Shown: positions 49,145 to 59,783, numbered from the stretch's first letter. The stretch: DNA of 64,000 nt from Alphaproteobacteria bacterium (GCA_965232515.1 CBDDPY010000002.1:5664001-5728000), one strand, 5' to 3'. The notes: generated by a model from the letters alone, not told the origin. Program-made: numbers and translations.

Positions 49145-50812
49145 ATGTCAGATGATCGACAAGGCCCGAACGGCTTGGTCGCCGAAACCGGCGTCTTCAA
49201 GGGCCTGCATGCCGGCATGGGGCTGGCGGCCAAGGGCATGGTGGTCGCCTTCGTGGTCTTCACCGTGCTCAACGTCGATTTCGCCAGCGGCATCTATTCG
49301 CAGATCCGCGGCTGGATTGAGGCGTCGCTGAACTGGTACTACATCAGCGCCGTCACCATCATGCTGTTCGTCTGCTTCTACCTGATGTTCAGCCGTTTCG
49401 GGAACATCCGGCTGGGCGACGACGACTCGCGGCCGGAGTTCAGCAACTTCTCCTGGTTCGCCATGTTGTTCTCGGCCGGCGTCGGCATCGGGCTGCTGTT
49501 CTTCGGCATTGCCGAGCCGATGTTCTATTTCGACAACACCCAGCCCTGGGGCTATCCGAATAATCCATTCGCCGACCATCAGGGCGCGACCGCGATGGAC
49601 GAGCAACGCGCCGTCGCGGCGATGCGGGTGACTTATTTCCATTGGGGCTTTCACGGCTGGGCCGTCTACGTGATGATCGGCCTGTGCCTGGCCTATTTCG
49701 GCTTCCGCAAAAAGCTGCCATTGACCCTGCGCTCGGCGCTCTATCCGGTGATCGGCGACAAGATCTACGGCCCGATCGGCCACGCCGTCGATCTGCTGGC
49801 CGTGTTCGGCACGGTTTTTGGCGTCGCCACCTCGCTCGGTCTCGGCGTCAGTCAGATGGCCACCGGCCTCAACGTGCTGTTCGGCGTCGATCCGGGCATC
49901 GTCACGCAGATCGTCCTGATCGTGGTCATATCGATCGTCGCCACGCTGTCGGCCGTTTCGGGCGTCGGCAACGGCATCCGGATCATCTCCGAATGGAACA
50001 TCTATCTCAGCATCGTGCTGCTGGCCTATTTCCTGTTCGGTGGACCGTTCCAGTGGCTGATGGGCTTCTTCGTCACCACCTTGGGCGACTATCTGTGGAA
50101 CGTGATCCCGATGGGATTCCAGACCTTCAACGCGCCGGGTGAGTCGGCCTGGCAGGGCGGCTGGACGATCTTCTATTGGGGCTGGTGGATTTCCTGGGCG
50201 CCGTTCGTCGGCATGTTCATCGCCCGCATCAGCCGCGGTCGGACGATCCGCGAGTTCATGATCGGCGTCATGTTCGTGCCGACCACGATCGCCTTCTTCT
50301 GGCTCTGCATCTTCGGCGGCAACGCCATGTTCCTCGAGCTGAACGCCGAGGCCGGTGTCGGCACCGCCGGTGTCGCCCAGCTCGTGCGGGACTGGAACCT
50401 GCCAGCGGCGCTCTTCGGCACCATAGAGCGGTTGACCGACATCGCCTGGCTGAACTGGATCATGGCCGCGTTGGCGACGTTCCTGCTGGCGACCTGGTTC
50501 ATCACCTCGTCGGACTCCGGGACGCTGGTCATCACGACCATGCTGTCCATGGGCGACGACAGTCCGCCACAGCGGTTCCGTATTGTCTGGGGCTTGGGCG
50601 AGGGCTTCGTCGCCGCCGTGCTGCTCATGGCCGGCGGCCTCAAGGCGCTGCAAACGGCGTCGATCGCCGCCGCACTGCCGGTCAGCGTGATCATGCTGTT
50701 GATGACCTACGGCATCGTCAAGTCGTTGCACGAGGACGCCGCCGCCGTGCCCGACGAGGGCTTGGCGCTGGCGCCCGACGGCACCAGCATGCGGCGCGAC
50801 CTCCGCGCCTGA
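49145..50812 (+). CDS. BCCT family transporter (betaine/DMSP)
   Basis: SWFAMLFSAG.GIG, FHWGFHGW, WTIFYWGWWISWAPFVGMFIARISRGRTIRE. Confidence 0.9.
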   Translation: MSDDRQGPNGLVAETGVFKGLHAGMGLAAKGMVVAFVVFTVLNVDFASGIYSQIRGWIEASLNWYYISAVTIMLFVCFYLMFSRFGNIRLGDDDSRPEFSNFSWFAMLFSAGVGIGLLFFGIAEPMFYFDNTQPWGYPNNPFADHQGATAMDEQRAVAAMRVTYFHWGFHGWAVYVMIGLCLAYFGFRKKLPLTLRSALYPVIGDKIYGPIGHAVDLLAVFGTVFGVATSLGLGVSQMATGLNVLFGVDPGIVTQIVLIVVISIVATLSAVSGVGNGIRIISEWNIYLSIVLLAYFLFGGPFQWLMGFFVTTLGDYLWNVIPMGFQTFNAPGESAWQGGWTIFYWGWWISWAPFVGMFIARISRGRTIREFMIGVMFVPTTIAFFWLCIFGGNAMFLELNAEAGVGTAGVAQLVRDWNLPAALFGTIERLTDIAWLNWIMAALATFLLATWFITSSDSGTLVITTMLSMGDDSPPQRFRIVWGLGEGFVAAVLLMAGGLKALQTASIAAALPVSVIMLLMTYGIVKSLHEDAAAVPDEGLALAPDGTSMRRDLRA

Positions 50813-50856
50813 CGGTTACGGCCCGGTCGCCCGCAAGTGCGGCCGGGCCGCCCCGT

Positions 50857-52077
50857 TCACGCCAGCTCGCAGATCTCCAGGATGGCGATCAGGTAGAGGC
50901 GTACGGCGTCGAGATAGTCGCGCAGCTCGACCCGCTCGTCGGGCATGGTGTTGTACTTACCGCCGGGCCCGCAGACGATGCCCTCCATGCCCAGCATGCG
51001 GTAGAAATGCGCCGCGTCGGTGCCGTAGAAGGCCGGCGGCCGGATCGCGCCCGTGGGCTGGGCCTCGCCGCGCAGATCGCGATAGGCGTCGTTCACGGTG
51101 CGTACGATGCGCGCGTCGGTATCCACCTCGAACGGCGACATCGACGGCTTCTCGGTCTCGACTTCCTGCGCCCGCACGCTGGCCCTGAGGCCGGGAAACT
51201 CGGCCTCCAGCTCGTCCAGCAACTTGCGCATGTCGGCCAGCACCGTTTCCTGGCTCTGTGACGGTGCGTAGCGGGCGGTGCCCGAGAGATAGGCGAAGTC
51301 GGCGATCTGCGGCGGCCGCCATTCGTGGAACTCGCGCGACAGCGCGCCGCGCAGCACGCCGACATTGGCGCGGTTGACCGAGCGGTGCAGGTCGCTCGCC
51401 GCGCCCGAGAAGGTGATGCCGTTGATACGCGGCACCAGGGCCGCGGCCGCGGCGATGGCGTCGGCCGCGTCCTCGCGTTTCGAGATATGGCGGGTGATAC
51501 CTTCCAGTTCGATCACGAAATTGAAGGCGCCGGCATGCAGCGTTAGCGCGCCCAGATCGGTCGGCTCGCAATTGATGAAATAGTCCGCCGTCACCCCCTG
51601 CTCGATGGCCTTGACGGTGCCGACGCCACCCTGCAGTTCGCCCACCACGAACGTCAGCACCACGTCGCCCTTCAGCTTGATGCCGGCCTCGGCCAGCGTG
51701 CGCACGGCGCAAAAGAAAGCGGCGTCGCCCGCCTTCATGTTCGAGACGCCGATGCCGTAGATGCAGTCGTTCTCGACCAGCCCGCCCCAGGGATCGACGG
51801 TCCAGCCCTCGGTCACCGGGTTGGTGTCGAGATGGCCGTTGAACAATAGGCTGCTGCCGCCGCCTATGCCGCGATAGGTGCCGATGGCGTTGACGCGCCG
51901 GTCGACCACCGGCTGCAGTTCCGCGTCGATGCCGAGCCCCGTCATGGCGTCGCGCATGAACACGGCCAGCTCCCGCTCGCCCTCGGTCTCGGTGTAGCTC
52001 TTGTGCCGCACCATCCGGGCCAGGAAGTCGATGCAGGCCTGGTCGTCGATCTTTTCCAGGATCTCGGCGTGTTTCAT
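50857..52077 (-). CDS. M20/ArgE-like hydrolase with atypical metal ligands
   Basis: NGHLDT, GVSNMKAG, VGELQGG, CEPT. Confidence 0.8.
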   Translation of the reverse strand: MKHAEILEKIDDQACIDFLARMVRHKSYTETEGERELAVFMRDAMTGLGIDAELQPVVDRRVNAIGTYRGIGGGSSLLFNGHLDTNPVTEGWTVDPWGGLVENDCIYGIGVSNMKAGDAAFFCAVRTLAEAGIKLKGDVVLTFVVGELQGGVGTVKAIEQGVTADYFINCEPTDLGALTLHAGAFNFVIELEGITRHISKREDAADAIAAAAALVPRINGITFSGAASDLHRSVNRANVGVLRGALSREFHEWRPPQIADFAYLSGTARYAPSQSQETVLADMRKLLDELEAEFPGLRASVRAQEVETEKPSMSPFEVDTDARIVRTVNDAYRDLRGEAQPTGAIRPPAFYGTDAAHFYRMLGMEGIVCGPGGKYNTMPDERVELRDYLDAVRLYLIAILEICELA

Positions 52078-54170
52078 GGGCTCGCGTCCTCCATCTTGCC
52101 GGCCTCGGCCGGCGCGGCCGCCGTCCATATCGGCGGCTCGGTTTGCAGTTCGTTGTCGCTCAGGTGGCACCGCAGCCAGTGGCCGGGGCGCGGTTCGCGT
52201 GTCGGCGGGTCCTCGTTCCGGCAGATATCGCCGATGCGCCGCGGACAGCGGCTTTCGAACGGACAGCCGACGGTCTCGGCCGTGCGCGTCGGCAGCGCGC
52301 CGCTCAGTCGGATGCGGCGCACGTCGATCTCCGGATCGAGCGCCGGCGCCGAGCTCAGCAGCGCCTCGGTATAGGGGTGGTAGGGCGGCATCGCCAGGCC
52401 GTCGGCGTCGCGCAGCTCGACGATGCGGCCGAGATACATGACCGCGACCCGGTCGGCCACGTAGCGCAGCAGATTGAGATCGTGCGTGATGAAAAGGTAG
52501 GCGATGCCCAACCGCGCCTGGATCTCGCGCAACAGGTTGACGACCGAGGCCTGCACCGAGGCATCGAGGCCAGAGGTGATCTCGTCGCAGATCATCACCG
52601 CCGGCTCGGCCGCGACGGCGCGCGCGATCGCCACCCGCTGCTTCTCGCCGCCCGACAGCGCGTGCGGATAGCGCCCGGCATGGTCGCTCGGCAGTCGCAC
52701 CTGCGCCAGCAGGTCCTGCACCGCATCGGCCAGCGCCCGGCCGCTGAGACCGCGGTAGAGCCGCAACGGCCGGCTCAGGATGGTGCCGATGGTCTGCCGC
52801 GGATTGAGCGAGGAGTCCGGATTCTGAAAGACCATCTGCACCCGGCTGCGGTAGCGCCGGTCCATATCGGCCGGCCCCGTGATTTCCCGATCGTCGAAAC
52901 GGATACGGCCCTCGAACAGCCGCAGGCCCGAAAGCGCCCGGGCCAGCGTCGACTTGCCGCAGCCGGACTCGCCGACCAGCCCCAGCGTCTCGCCGGACCG
53001 GACCTCGAGGTCGACATTGCTGACCGCGTGTACGATGCGCGCCTCGCCGCCCAGCAGCCGGCTGACGAAGCCGTGCCGGCCGATGCGCACGGACAGGTCT
53101 TCGACCGCCAGAACCGGCGCGGTCGCCCCCGGCGCCGCGCGCGTCACGGCCGCATCGTCGTCCGGCGCGCGCATCGGCTGGTGCAGCATCTCGCGCCAAC
53201 GGACGCAGGCCGTGGCGTGCACGCCGTCCGTCGTCAACGGCACCTCGGCGCGCCGGCAAACCTCGGCTGCGAACGGGCAGCGCGCGTCGAACACGCAAGT
53301 CGGGCGCGGCCCCAGCCGGTCGGGCACCTCGCCGGGAAAGGTTAGCAGCGTGGCATCGCGTCCCGCCCGCGACGGCCGCGGCAGGCTCGCCAGCAGCGCC
53401 CGCGTGTAGGGGTGCCGCGGTTCCTGGAACAGCGCGTCGACCGGGCTGTCCTCGACGATGCGGCCGGCGTAGATCACGGCAACGCGGTGCGCGATCTCGG
53501 CCACCGTGCCCAGATCGTGCGAGATGAACAGCGCCGCCACGCCGGTCCGCGCCTGCAGCCGGCGGAACAGGTCCAGGATGTTGACGGCGGTGGTCGCGTC
53601 CAGCGCCGTGGTCGGCTCGTCGAACAGGATCAGATCGGGATCGCAGGCGAAGGCGATGGCGATGACGATGCGCTGCTTCTCGCCGCCCGAAACCTCGTGC
53701 GGATACTTCTCCAGCATCAGGTCGGCGTCCGGCAGCCCGACCATGTCCAGCAGACGCCGCGCTTCCTCGGCCGCCGCCGCGCCTTCCAGGTCACGATGCC
53801 GGCGCAGCACCTCGGCGATATGCGCGCCCAGCGTCATGGTCGGATTCAGCGACGCGCCGGGGTCCTGAAACACCAGCGCGATCCGGTTGCCGCGGAGTGC
53901 CTGCAAAGCGTCCGGCGTCTGCGCCATCAAATCGTCGCCGACAAACCGGATCGCGCCGCGCTCGTCGGCGATCTCGCCGAACAGGCTGCGCATGACGGCA
54001 TAGGCAAGCGAGCTCTTGCCGGAACCGGACTCGCCGACCAGGCCAACGACCTCGCCGCGCGCGATTCTCAGGTCGACCCCGTCGAGCACCCGGAATGGCC
54101 CTGCCGCCGTCGCGTAGGACAGCGCGTAGTCGGCGACCTCCAACACCGGTTGTGCGGGCGCGGCGGTCAT
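52074..54170 (-). CDS. Dpp/Opp-type ABC transporter, fused double ATPase
   Basis: Two Walker A motifs (GESGSGKS, GESGCGKS) and two SGGEKQR motifs. Confidence 0.9.
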   Translation of the reverse strand: MTAAPAQPVLEVADYALSYATAAGPFRVLDGVDLRIARGEVVGLVGESGSGKSSLAYAVMRSLFGEIADERGAIRFVGDDLMAQTPDALQALRGNRIALVFQDPGASLNPTMTLGAHIAEVLRRHRDLEGAAAAEEARRLLDMVGLPDADLMLEKYPHEVSGGEKQRIVIAIAFACDPDLILFDEPTTALDATTAVNILDLFRRLQARTGVAALFISHDLGTVAEIAHRVAVIYAGRIVEDSPVDALFQEPRHPYTRALLASLPRPSRAGRDATLLTFPGEVPDRLGPRPTCVFDARCPFAAEVCRRAEVPLTTDGVHATACVRWREMLHQPMRAPDDDAAVTRAAPGATAPVLAVEDLSVRIGRHGFVSRLLGGEARIVHAVSNVDLEVRSGETLGLVGESGCGKSTLARALSGLRLFEGRIRFDDREITGPADMDRRYRSRVQMVFQNPDSSLNPRQTIGTILSRPLRLYRGLSGRALADAVQDLLAQVRLPSDHAGRYPHALSGGEKQRVAIARAVAAEPAVMICDEITSGLDASVQASVVNLLREIQARLGIAYLFITHDLNLLRYVADRVAVMYLGRIVELRDADGLAMPPYHPYTEALLSSAPALDPEIDVRRIRLSGALPTRTAETVGCPFESRCPRRIGDICRNEDPPTREPRPGHWLRCHLSDNELQTEPPIWTAAAPAEAGKMEDASP

Positions 54171-54994
54171 CGCGTTCGCGGGTTCAGAACGTCGCGCAAG
54201 CCGTCGCCCAGCAGGTTGAAGGCGATGGCGACGGTCGCGATGGCGAGACCCGGCCAGAGGATGGTCCAGGCGCTGCGGAACATGAAGCCGCGCGCCTCGG
54301 CGATCATCAGGCCCCATTCCGGCGCCGGCGGCTGCGCCCCGAGGCCGAGGAAGCTCAGGGTCGCCAGCAGCATGATGGCGAAGGCGACGCGGATAGTGCC
54401 TTCGACGATCACCGGCGCCACCATGTTCGGCAAAATCTCCCGTCCCATGATGTAGGCGGCGCTCTCGCCGCGCGCAACGGCGGCCGCGACATAATCGTGG
54501 TTGCGGGCGGCGAGCGTGACGCTGCGGGCGATGCGGGCCATGCCCGGCGCGAAGGCGATACCGATGGCGATCACGGCGTTGACGCCGCTCGGCCCCAGCA
54601 CGGTGACGATCAGCAACGCGAACAGCAGGTTGGGGATTGCCATGGTCGCATCGACCACGCGCATGATGGCCTCGTCCGTGCGGCCGCCGATGAAGCCCGA
54701 GAAAATGCCGATGGCGGCGCCCAGACCTGTGCCGATCAGCGTCGCGGTCAGGCCTAGCAGGACGGTCGAGCGCGCGCCCCAGAGCAGGCGGCTCAGGATA
54801 TCGCGGCCGAACTGATCCGTCCCCAGCCAGAAGTCGGCCGACGGCGGTGCCAGCCGGGCCAGGAAGTGGAACTCCTCCGGATCGTAGGGCGCGATCCAGG
54901 GACCGAGCACGATCGCGAGCAGGAGGATCGTCGCCAGGCCGAGGCCGATGGCGCCCTGCGGATGACGAACCAGGCGCTTCAGCAGCTCAGTCAT
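54167..54994 (-). CDS. ABC transporter permease (DppC-like)
   Basis: WLGTDQFGRD, LSFLGLG.QPP.PEWG. Confidence 0.9.
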   Translation of the reverse strand: MTELLKRLVRHPQGAIGLGLATILLLAIVLGPWIAPYDPEEFHFLARLAPPSADFWLGTDQFGRDILSRLLWGARSTVLLGLTATLIGTGLGAAIGIFSGFIGGRTDEAIMRVVDATMAIPNLLFALLIVTVLGPSGVNAVIAIGIAFAPGMARIARSVTLAARNHDYVAAAVARGESAAYIMGREILPNMVAPVIVEGTIRVAFAIMLLATLSFLGLGAQPPAPEWGLMIAEARGFMFRSAWTILWPGLAIATVAIAFNLLGDGLRDVLNPRTR

Positions 54995-55937
54995 ACTGGA
55001 TCCGCCGGTCCAGATAGGCATAGGCCATGTCGGCCAGCAGGTTCGCCACCGCGTAGGTCATGGCCATGATCAGCGCGCCGGCCTGGATCATCGGCAGGTC
55101 GCGCTGCTGAATGGCGACGATCAGCATGCGGCCGACGCCGGGGAAGGCGAAGATCTCCTCGACGACGATGATGCCGCCGATCAGATAGCCGACGTCGAGT
55201 GCCAGCACGGTGATCGTCGGCAGCAGCGAGTTCCGCAGGGCATGCTGGAACAGCACGACGCCGCGCGAGAGGCCGCGCAGGGTCGCGGCGCGCACGTAAT
55301 CGCTGTGCAACACATCGACCATCTCCGAGCGCACCATGCGCATGACATGCGCCGTCAGGATCACGGTCAGCGTCAACACCGGCAGCGCCAGATGCCAGAG
55401 CGCCCGCAGCGGGTCGTCGCCGAACGGCACATAGCCGCTGGCCGGGAACAGCCCGACATCGGGATGGGTCAGCGCCACCAGCAGCATGGTCGCCAGCACG
55501 AATTCCGGCAGCGAGACGCCGATATAGGAAACGAAGCTGACGCCGACATCGACCGGCCGGCCGCGATAGACCGCCGCGACGACGCCCAACGGAATGGCGA
55601 CGATGGTCACCATCAACAGAGCGAGGCCGGCCAACCCCAACGAGCGGCCAAGAGCGTCCAGCACCGTCGGGCCGACCGGCAGCCCGGTGCGCAACGAGGT
55701 GCCGAAGTCGCCGCTCAGCACGCCGCCGATCCAGCTCAGGTACTGCGCATAAGCCGGCCGGTCGAGCCCGAGCTGGGCCTCGATCGCGGCCAGCGCTTCC
55801 GGCGTCGCGTATTCGCCCAGCAGCATCTGCGCCGCGTTCGCCGGCAGGATCTGGGTGATGCCGAACACCAGCAGCGACACCACCAGCGTCGTCACCAGCA
55901 GATAGAACAGCCGCTTTACCAGATAGGCCAGGGACAT
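54987..55937 (-). CDS. ABC transporter permease (DppB-like)
   Basis: LGLDRP, GDFGTS, HALRNSL.P, VEEIF..PG.G. Confidence 0.9.
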   Translation of the reverse strand: MSLAYLVKRLFYLLVTTLVVSLLVFGITQILPANAAQMLLGEYATPEALAAIEAQLGLDRPAYAQYLSWIGGVLSGDFGTSLRTGLPVGPTVLDALGRSLGLAGLALLMVTIVAIPLGVVAAVYRGRPVDVGVSFVSYIGVSLPEFVLATMLLVALTHPDVGLFPASGYVPFGDDPLRALWHLALPVLTLTVILTAHVMRMVRSEMVDVLHSDYVRAATLRGLSRGVVLFQHALRNSLLPTITVLALDVGYLIGGIIVVEEIFAFPGVGRMLIVAIQQRDLPMIQAGALIMAMTYAVANLLADMAYAYLDRRIQYD

Positions 55938-56012
55938 GGCCGCCTTCCGCCGCCCGTGTCAGCAAGAGAAGCAGGCAGGCCGGCGATGCCGCCGGCCCAC
56001 CCGGTCGTGTCG

Positions 56013-57575
56013 TCAGCCGCGCTTCGGCGCGCCGGCGCCCAGCGAGACCTTCTCCAGGCTGAAGGTAGCGCCGCGCGGATGCAGCTGATAGCCCTCGACA
56101 TAGTCGCGGTGCGCCGCCAACAGGTCGAAGAACACCGGCACCAGCGCCGGCACCTCGGCTCGCATCAGCGCCTGCGCCTCGCTATAAAGCTCGGCCCGCG
56201 CCTTGGTGTCGACCGTGGTCCGCGCCCGTTGCACGAGGTCGTCGAAGCCCTTGTTGTTCCAGCGCGTCTCGTTCCAGGCCGCATCCGAGGTGAACAGCAG
56301 CTTGAAGATCGCGTCTTCGGTCGGCTGCATGTTGTAGAAGCCGACATAGAAGTCGCCCTTCTTCCAGACCTGGTCCAGATAGGTGCTGTGCGCCATGGTT
56401 TGGACCTCGATGTTGAAGCCCGCGGCCTTGGCCATCTCGCGCACCACCACGGCCAGCGTCTGCCGGTAGCCGGGCTTGACCGAGGCGACCAGTGTCACGT
56501 CCAGGCCGTTCGGATGCCCGGCGTCGGCCAGCAACTGCTTCGCCCTGGCGATGTCCGGCCGCTTCAGCGGCGCGTCGGCGTAATAGCGGTACGCCACATT
56601 GATCGGTGAATCGTTGCCGGGCGTGCCGTAGCCCTCGGCCACCAGTTCGATCATCGCCTCGCGGTCGATGCTCAAGGAAAGCGCCTCGCGCACGCGCGCG
56701 TCGTTGAACGGCGGCCGGTCGTTCGCCATGACGATATCGATGAACCGGCCCGACGCCGTGCGCAGGCCGGTGACGCCCGTGGCCCCGCTGACCCGCTTGA
56801 AATCGGCCGGCGGCACCTCCAGCGCCAGGTCGACCTCGCCGGCGATCAGCGCCGCCATCTCGGCCGTGGCGTCGGGAAAGACCATCAGGTTCAGCTTGTC
56901 GAGATAGGGCAGGCCGTCGAGGAAATAGTCCGGGTTGCGCTCGACCACGGTCAGCCGGTCGGGCTCGTAGCTCACCAGCTTGAACGGCCCGGTGCCGATC
57001 GCCTGTCGATCGAGCGGCGCCAGGTCGCCCGACGCAATGTTGGCCGGCACCACCTTGGCGGTCGAATAAGCCAGCGCCACCGGCAGGTCGCCATAGGGCA
57101 GGCTGGTCTTGATCATCACCTTGTCGGCCGACGGCGCGGTGACGGACTCGATGGGGCCGAGGTTGCGCCGGCCGGGCGAGCCGGTCTTCTTGTCCAGCAC
57201 GCGGGTCAACGAGGCCGCCACGTCGTTCGCCGTCACCGCCTGGCCGTTATGGAACGTGACGCCAGCGCGCAACGTGAACGTCCAGACCGTCAGATCGTCG
57301 TTCGGCGCCCACGACTGCGCCAGATCGGGCACGGGCGACATGTCCTGGCCGAGGCGCGTGAGGCCGCTGTAGAGCAGCTCGCCCAGCAGGTATTCCGAGT
57401 TCAGCCGGTGCAGGAACGGGTTCAGCTTACCGGGCGCGCGGCCGATGCTGACGTTCATCGTGCCGCCCTTGTTGGCGGCGAAAGCCGGCCAGCCGGCGGT
57501 GGCGCCCAGCACCGGCAGCGCGGCGGACGCCTTCAGGAACAGACGGCGGTCGAACTGGTTCTTGTCGGTCTTCAT
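56013..57575 (-). CDS. ABC substrate-binding protein, family 5 (Tat signal)
   Basis: DRRLFLK Tat motif; PDLAQSW, LR.GVTFH.G, GTGPFKL. Confidence 0.9.
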   Translation of the reverse strand: MKTDKNQFDRRLFLKASAALPVLGATAGWPAFAANKGGTMNVSIGRAPGKLNPFLHRLNSEYLLGELLYSGLTRLGQDMSPVPDLAQSWAPNDDLTVWTFTLRAGVTFHNGQAVTANDVAASLTRVLDKKTGSPGRRNLGPIESVTAPSADKVMIKTSLPYGDLPVALAYSTAKVVPANIASGDLAPLDRQAIGTGPFKLVSYEPDRLTVVERNPDYFLDGLPYLDKLNLMVFPDATAEMAALIAGEVDLALEVPPADFKRVSGATGVTGLRTASGRFIDIVMANDRPPFNDARVREALSLSIDREAMIELVAEGYGTPGNDSPINVAYRYYADAPLKRPDIARAKQLLADAGHPNGLDVTLVASVKPGYRQTLAVVVREMAKAAGFNIEVQTMAHSTYLDQVWKKGDFYVGFYNMQPTEDAIFKLLFTSDAAWNETRWNNKGFDDLVQRARTTVDTKARAELYSEAQALMRAEVPALVPVFFDLLAAHRDYVEGYQLHPRGATFSLEKVSLGAGAPKRG

Positions 57576-57603
57576 TACGGCCTCCTTGGTTTCTTATCGG
57601 TCG

Positions 57604-58869
57604 TCAGGTCTCGGGTTCGAAGTCGCGGGCGAGGTAGAGCAGCATCGATCGCGCCAGGCCCATCAGATCGGTCATGGTCGTGTGCTCGTCGGCGGCATGC
57701 ACGTTGCGGTCGGGCCGCGCCAGACCGCCCAGCAGGATCTCGCGCACGCCGCCCTGCTGCTGCACCCAGCCCAGGTCCGAGCTGGTCGACGAGCCGTAGG
57801 CCCGGAATGCTTCAGGGTCCCAGCCGAAGCCCTCGGCCAGCGCCCGCTGCCAGCGCGGCCAATGCGGCCCGCCGGGATCGGCGACCGGCGCCAGATGGCC
57901 GACCAGCGTGATCTCGTGACCCAGCAGACCGGTGCCGGCCACGGCGTCGTCGACCGCGCGCCGGATCTCGACCTCGACGTCGGCGGCCGTTTCATCCGGC
58001 GCGTAGCGGCGGTTGACGACGACGTCGAACTGTCCCGGCAGGGCCGAGCCCTTGGCCCCGGCGTGGGCGGCCGTGATGGTCAGACGCGAGCGCAGGGGTG
58101 CGCCGTCATAGTGCGGCGGCGCCGGCATCGGCCAGGCCCGCGTTTCGACCTCGGCCTTGAGGTCGGCGAGCGCGTTCAGTACCGGCAGCGCTTCCTCCAA
58201 CGCGTTGACGCCGCCGACGGGATCGCCGGAATGCGCCGTGCGGCCGTGGAACCGCAGCCGAAAGTCCATGCTGCCGAAGCTGCCGGCATAGATCCGCGGC
58301 ACCGCGCCGCCGTTCAGACAAATCAGGTGGCCCGACAAGTGACCCTCTTCGGCGAGATAGCGGATGCCCGGATAAAGCCCGCCTTCCTCGTCGGTGCAGA
58401 ACAGCAGGCAGGGGTCGTAAGCGAGCGGCAGGTCGACGGCCGCCGCCGCGCGCATGGCCGCCAGCACGGCCGCGATCGTGCCTTTCATGTCCGCCGTGCC
58501 GCGCCCGTAGAGCTTGTCGCCGTCGCGCGTCAGTTCCAGCGGCGGCCGTGTCCAGCCGTCGCCGGGCGGCACCGTGTCGACGTGAAAATAGATATCCAGA
58601 GCCGGCTGACCGGTCGGCCGCCGCGCGATCAGGTTGATTCGCGCGCCGTCTGCGCCCGGCGCCTGCCACAGCGCCTCCGGCACGGTCACGCGTTCGCAGC
58701 CGAAGCCCAGCGGCGTCACGAGCTCTTCCGCCAGATCGGCGAAGGCGCCATAGCCGCGGCCCGGGGGAAAGCTGGTATTGCTCGCGATCATGCGCGCGAG
58801 ATCGGCCGCGATGGTCGTTTCCATCTGCGCCAGGGATTCGAGCGCGGCTGCGATCGCCGTGTCGGTCAT
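57604..58869 (-). CDS. M20/DapE-like metallopeptidase
   Basis: HVDTV, GRGTADMKG, TDEEGG, VHAADE. Confidence 0.85.
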   Translation of the reverse strand: MTDTAIAAALESLAQMETTIAADLARMIASNTSFPPGRGYGAFADLAEELVTPLGFGCERVTVPEALWQAPGADGARINLIARRPTGQPALDIYFHVDTVPPGDGWTRPPLELTRDGDKLYGRGTADMKGTIAAVLAAMRAAAAVDLPLAYDPCLLFCTDEEGGLYPGIRYLAEEGHLSGHLICLNGGAVPRIYAGSFGSMDFRLRFHGRTAHSGDPVGGVNALEEALPVLNALADLKAEVETRAWPMPAPPHYDGAPLRSRLTITAAHAGAKGSALPGQFDVVVNRRYAPDETAADVEVEIRRAVDDAVAGTGLLGHEITLVGHLAPVADPGGPHWPRWQRALAEGFGWDPEAFRAYGSSTSSDLGWVQQQGGVREILLGGLARPDRNVHAADEHTTMTDLMGLARSMLLYLARDFEPET

Positions 58870-58917
58870 GCCGACCACCCCCTCTCGGACCTGAGGTCCC
58901 AACCGATAAGCTTGATC

Positions 58918-58932
58918 CTATAAACTTTATAG
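58918..58932. promoter_or_regulatory. Palindromic operator, probably for the adjacent GntR
   Basis: CTATAAA-C-TTTATAG in the AT-rich gap between divergent genes. Confidence 0.55.
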
Positions 58933-58964
58933 AAATATGTCGAATCGCCGCGTAGAGTGACGAC

Positions 58965-59738
58965 ATGGGGACCGGATCGAAAAACCCTTCCGTGGGCGCG
59001 AGAGCCGACGCCACATTGCCCGAGCTCAAGGCCGTGCCGCTCTACGAGCAGGTCAAACGGCACATCTCCGAGCTGATCCTGCTCGGCGACTGGCCGCCCG
59101 GTACGGTGCTGCCCAGCGAGACCGAGCTTGCCCGCCGGTTCGGCGTCGCCGTCGGCACGGCCCGGCGCGCGCTGTCGGACCTGGCGGCCGAAGGCCTGCT
59201 GACCCGTCGGCGCAAGACCGGCACCGTCGTCACCGGCCGCTCCCCGCACCACTCGCTGCGGTTCTTCTTCCAGTATTTCCGCCTGCACGGCCTCGACGGC
59301 AGCCTGCTGAACTCGACCGTCACGACGCACGCCGCCGAGCGCGGCCCGGCCGACGACGAGGCGGCGCGGCGGCTTGAGCTCGAGCCCAACGCGCCCGTAG
59401 TCCGCATCGGCCGTGTGCGCAAGGTCGCGGGCAGGACGGTCATGCACGACGCCATCGTCATCCCATCGGCGCGCGTCCCGGACCTGCCGCTCAATGCGGT
59501 GCCGGACCGCCTCTACATCTATCTGCTCGAGGAATACGGCATCCGGGTCTCGGCCGCGCGCGAGGTGCTGTCGGCCGAGCTGGCGACCGAGACCGACCGG
59601 CGGCTGATCGACGTGCCGACGCCCGGCGCCGTGCTGGTCATCGACGAGATCGCCTTCGATCAGAACGGCGCGCCGCTGATCTGGGTCGTTCACCGCGCCA
59701 TCACCGACCGCTACCGCTACGTCAACGAGGTGAGCTGA
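58965..59738 (+). CDS. GntR (HutC/UTRA) regulator
   Basis: PLYEQVK...LPSETELA..FGV..GT.R.AL, followed by a UTRA-like C-terminus. Confidence 0.9.
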   Translation: MGTGSKNPSVGARADATLPELKAVPLYEQVKRHISELILLGDWPPGTVLPSETELARRFGVAVGTARRALSDLAAEGLLTRRRKTGTVVTGRSPHHSLRFFFQYFRLHGLDGSLLNSTVTTHAAERGPADDEAARRLELEPNAPVVRIGRVRKVAGRTVMHDAIVIPSARVPDLPLNAVPDRLYIYLLEEYGIRVSAAREVLSAELATETDRRLIDVPTPGAVLVIDEIAFDQNGAPLIWVVHRAITDRYRYVNEVS

Positions 59739-59783
59739 CCGGCGCACGGACAGGGCGACGTTCAATTTTCTGCATTGAATTAC

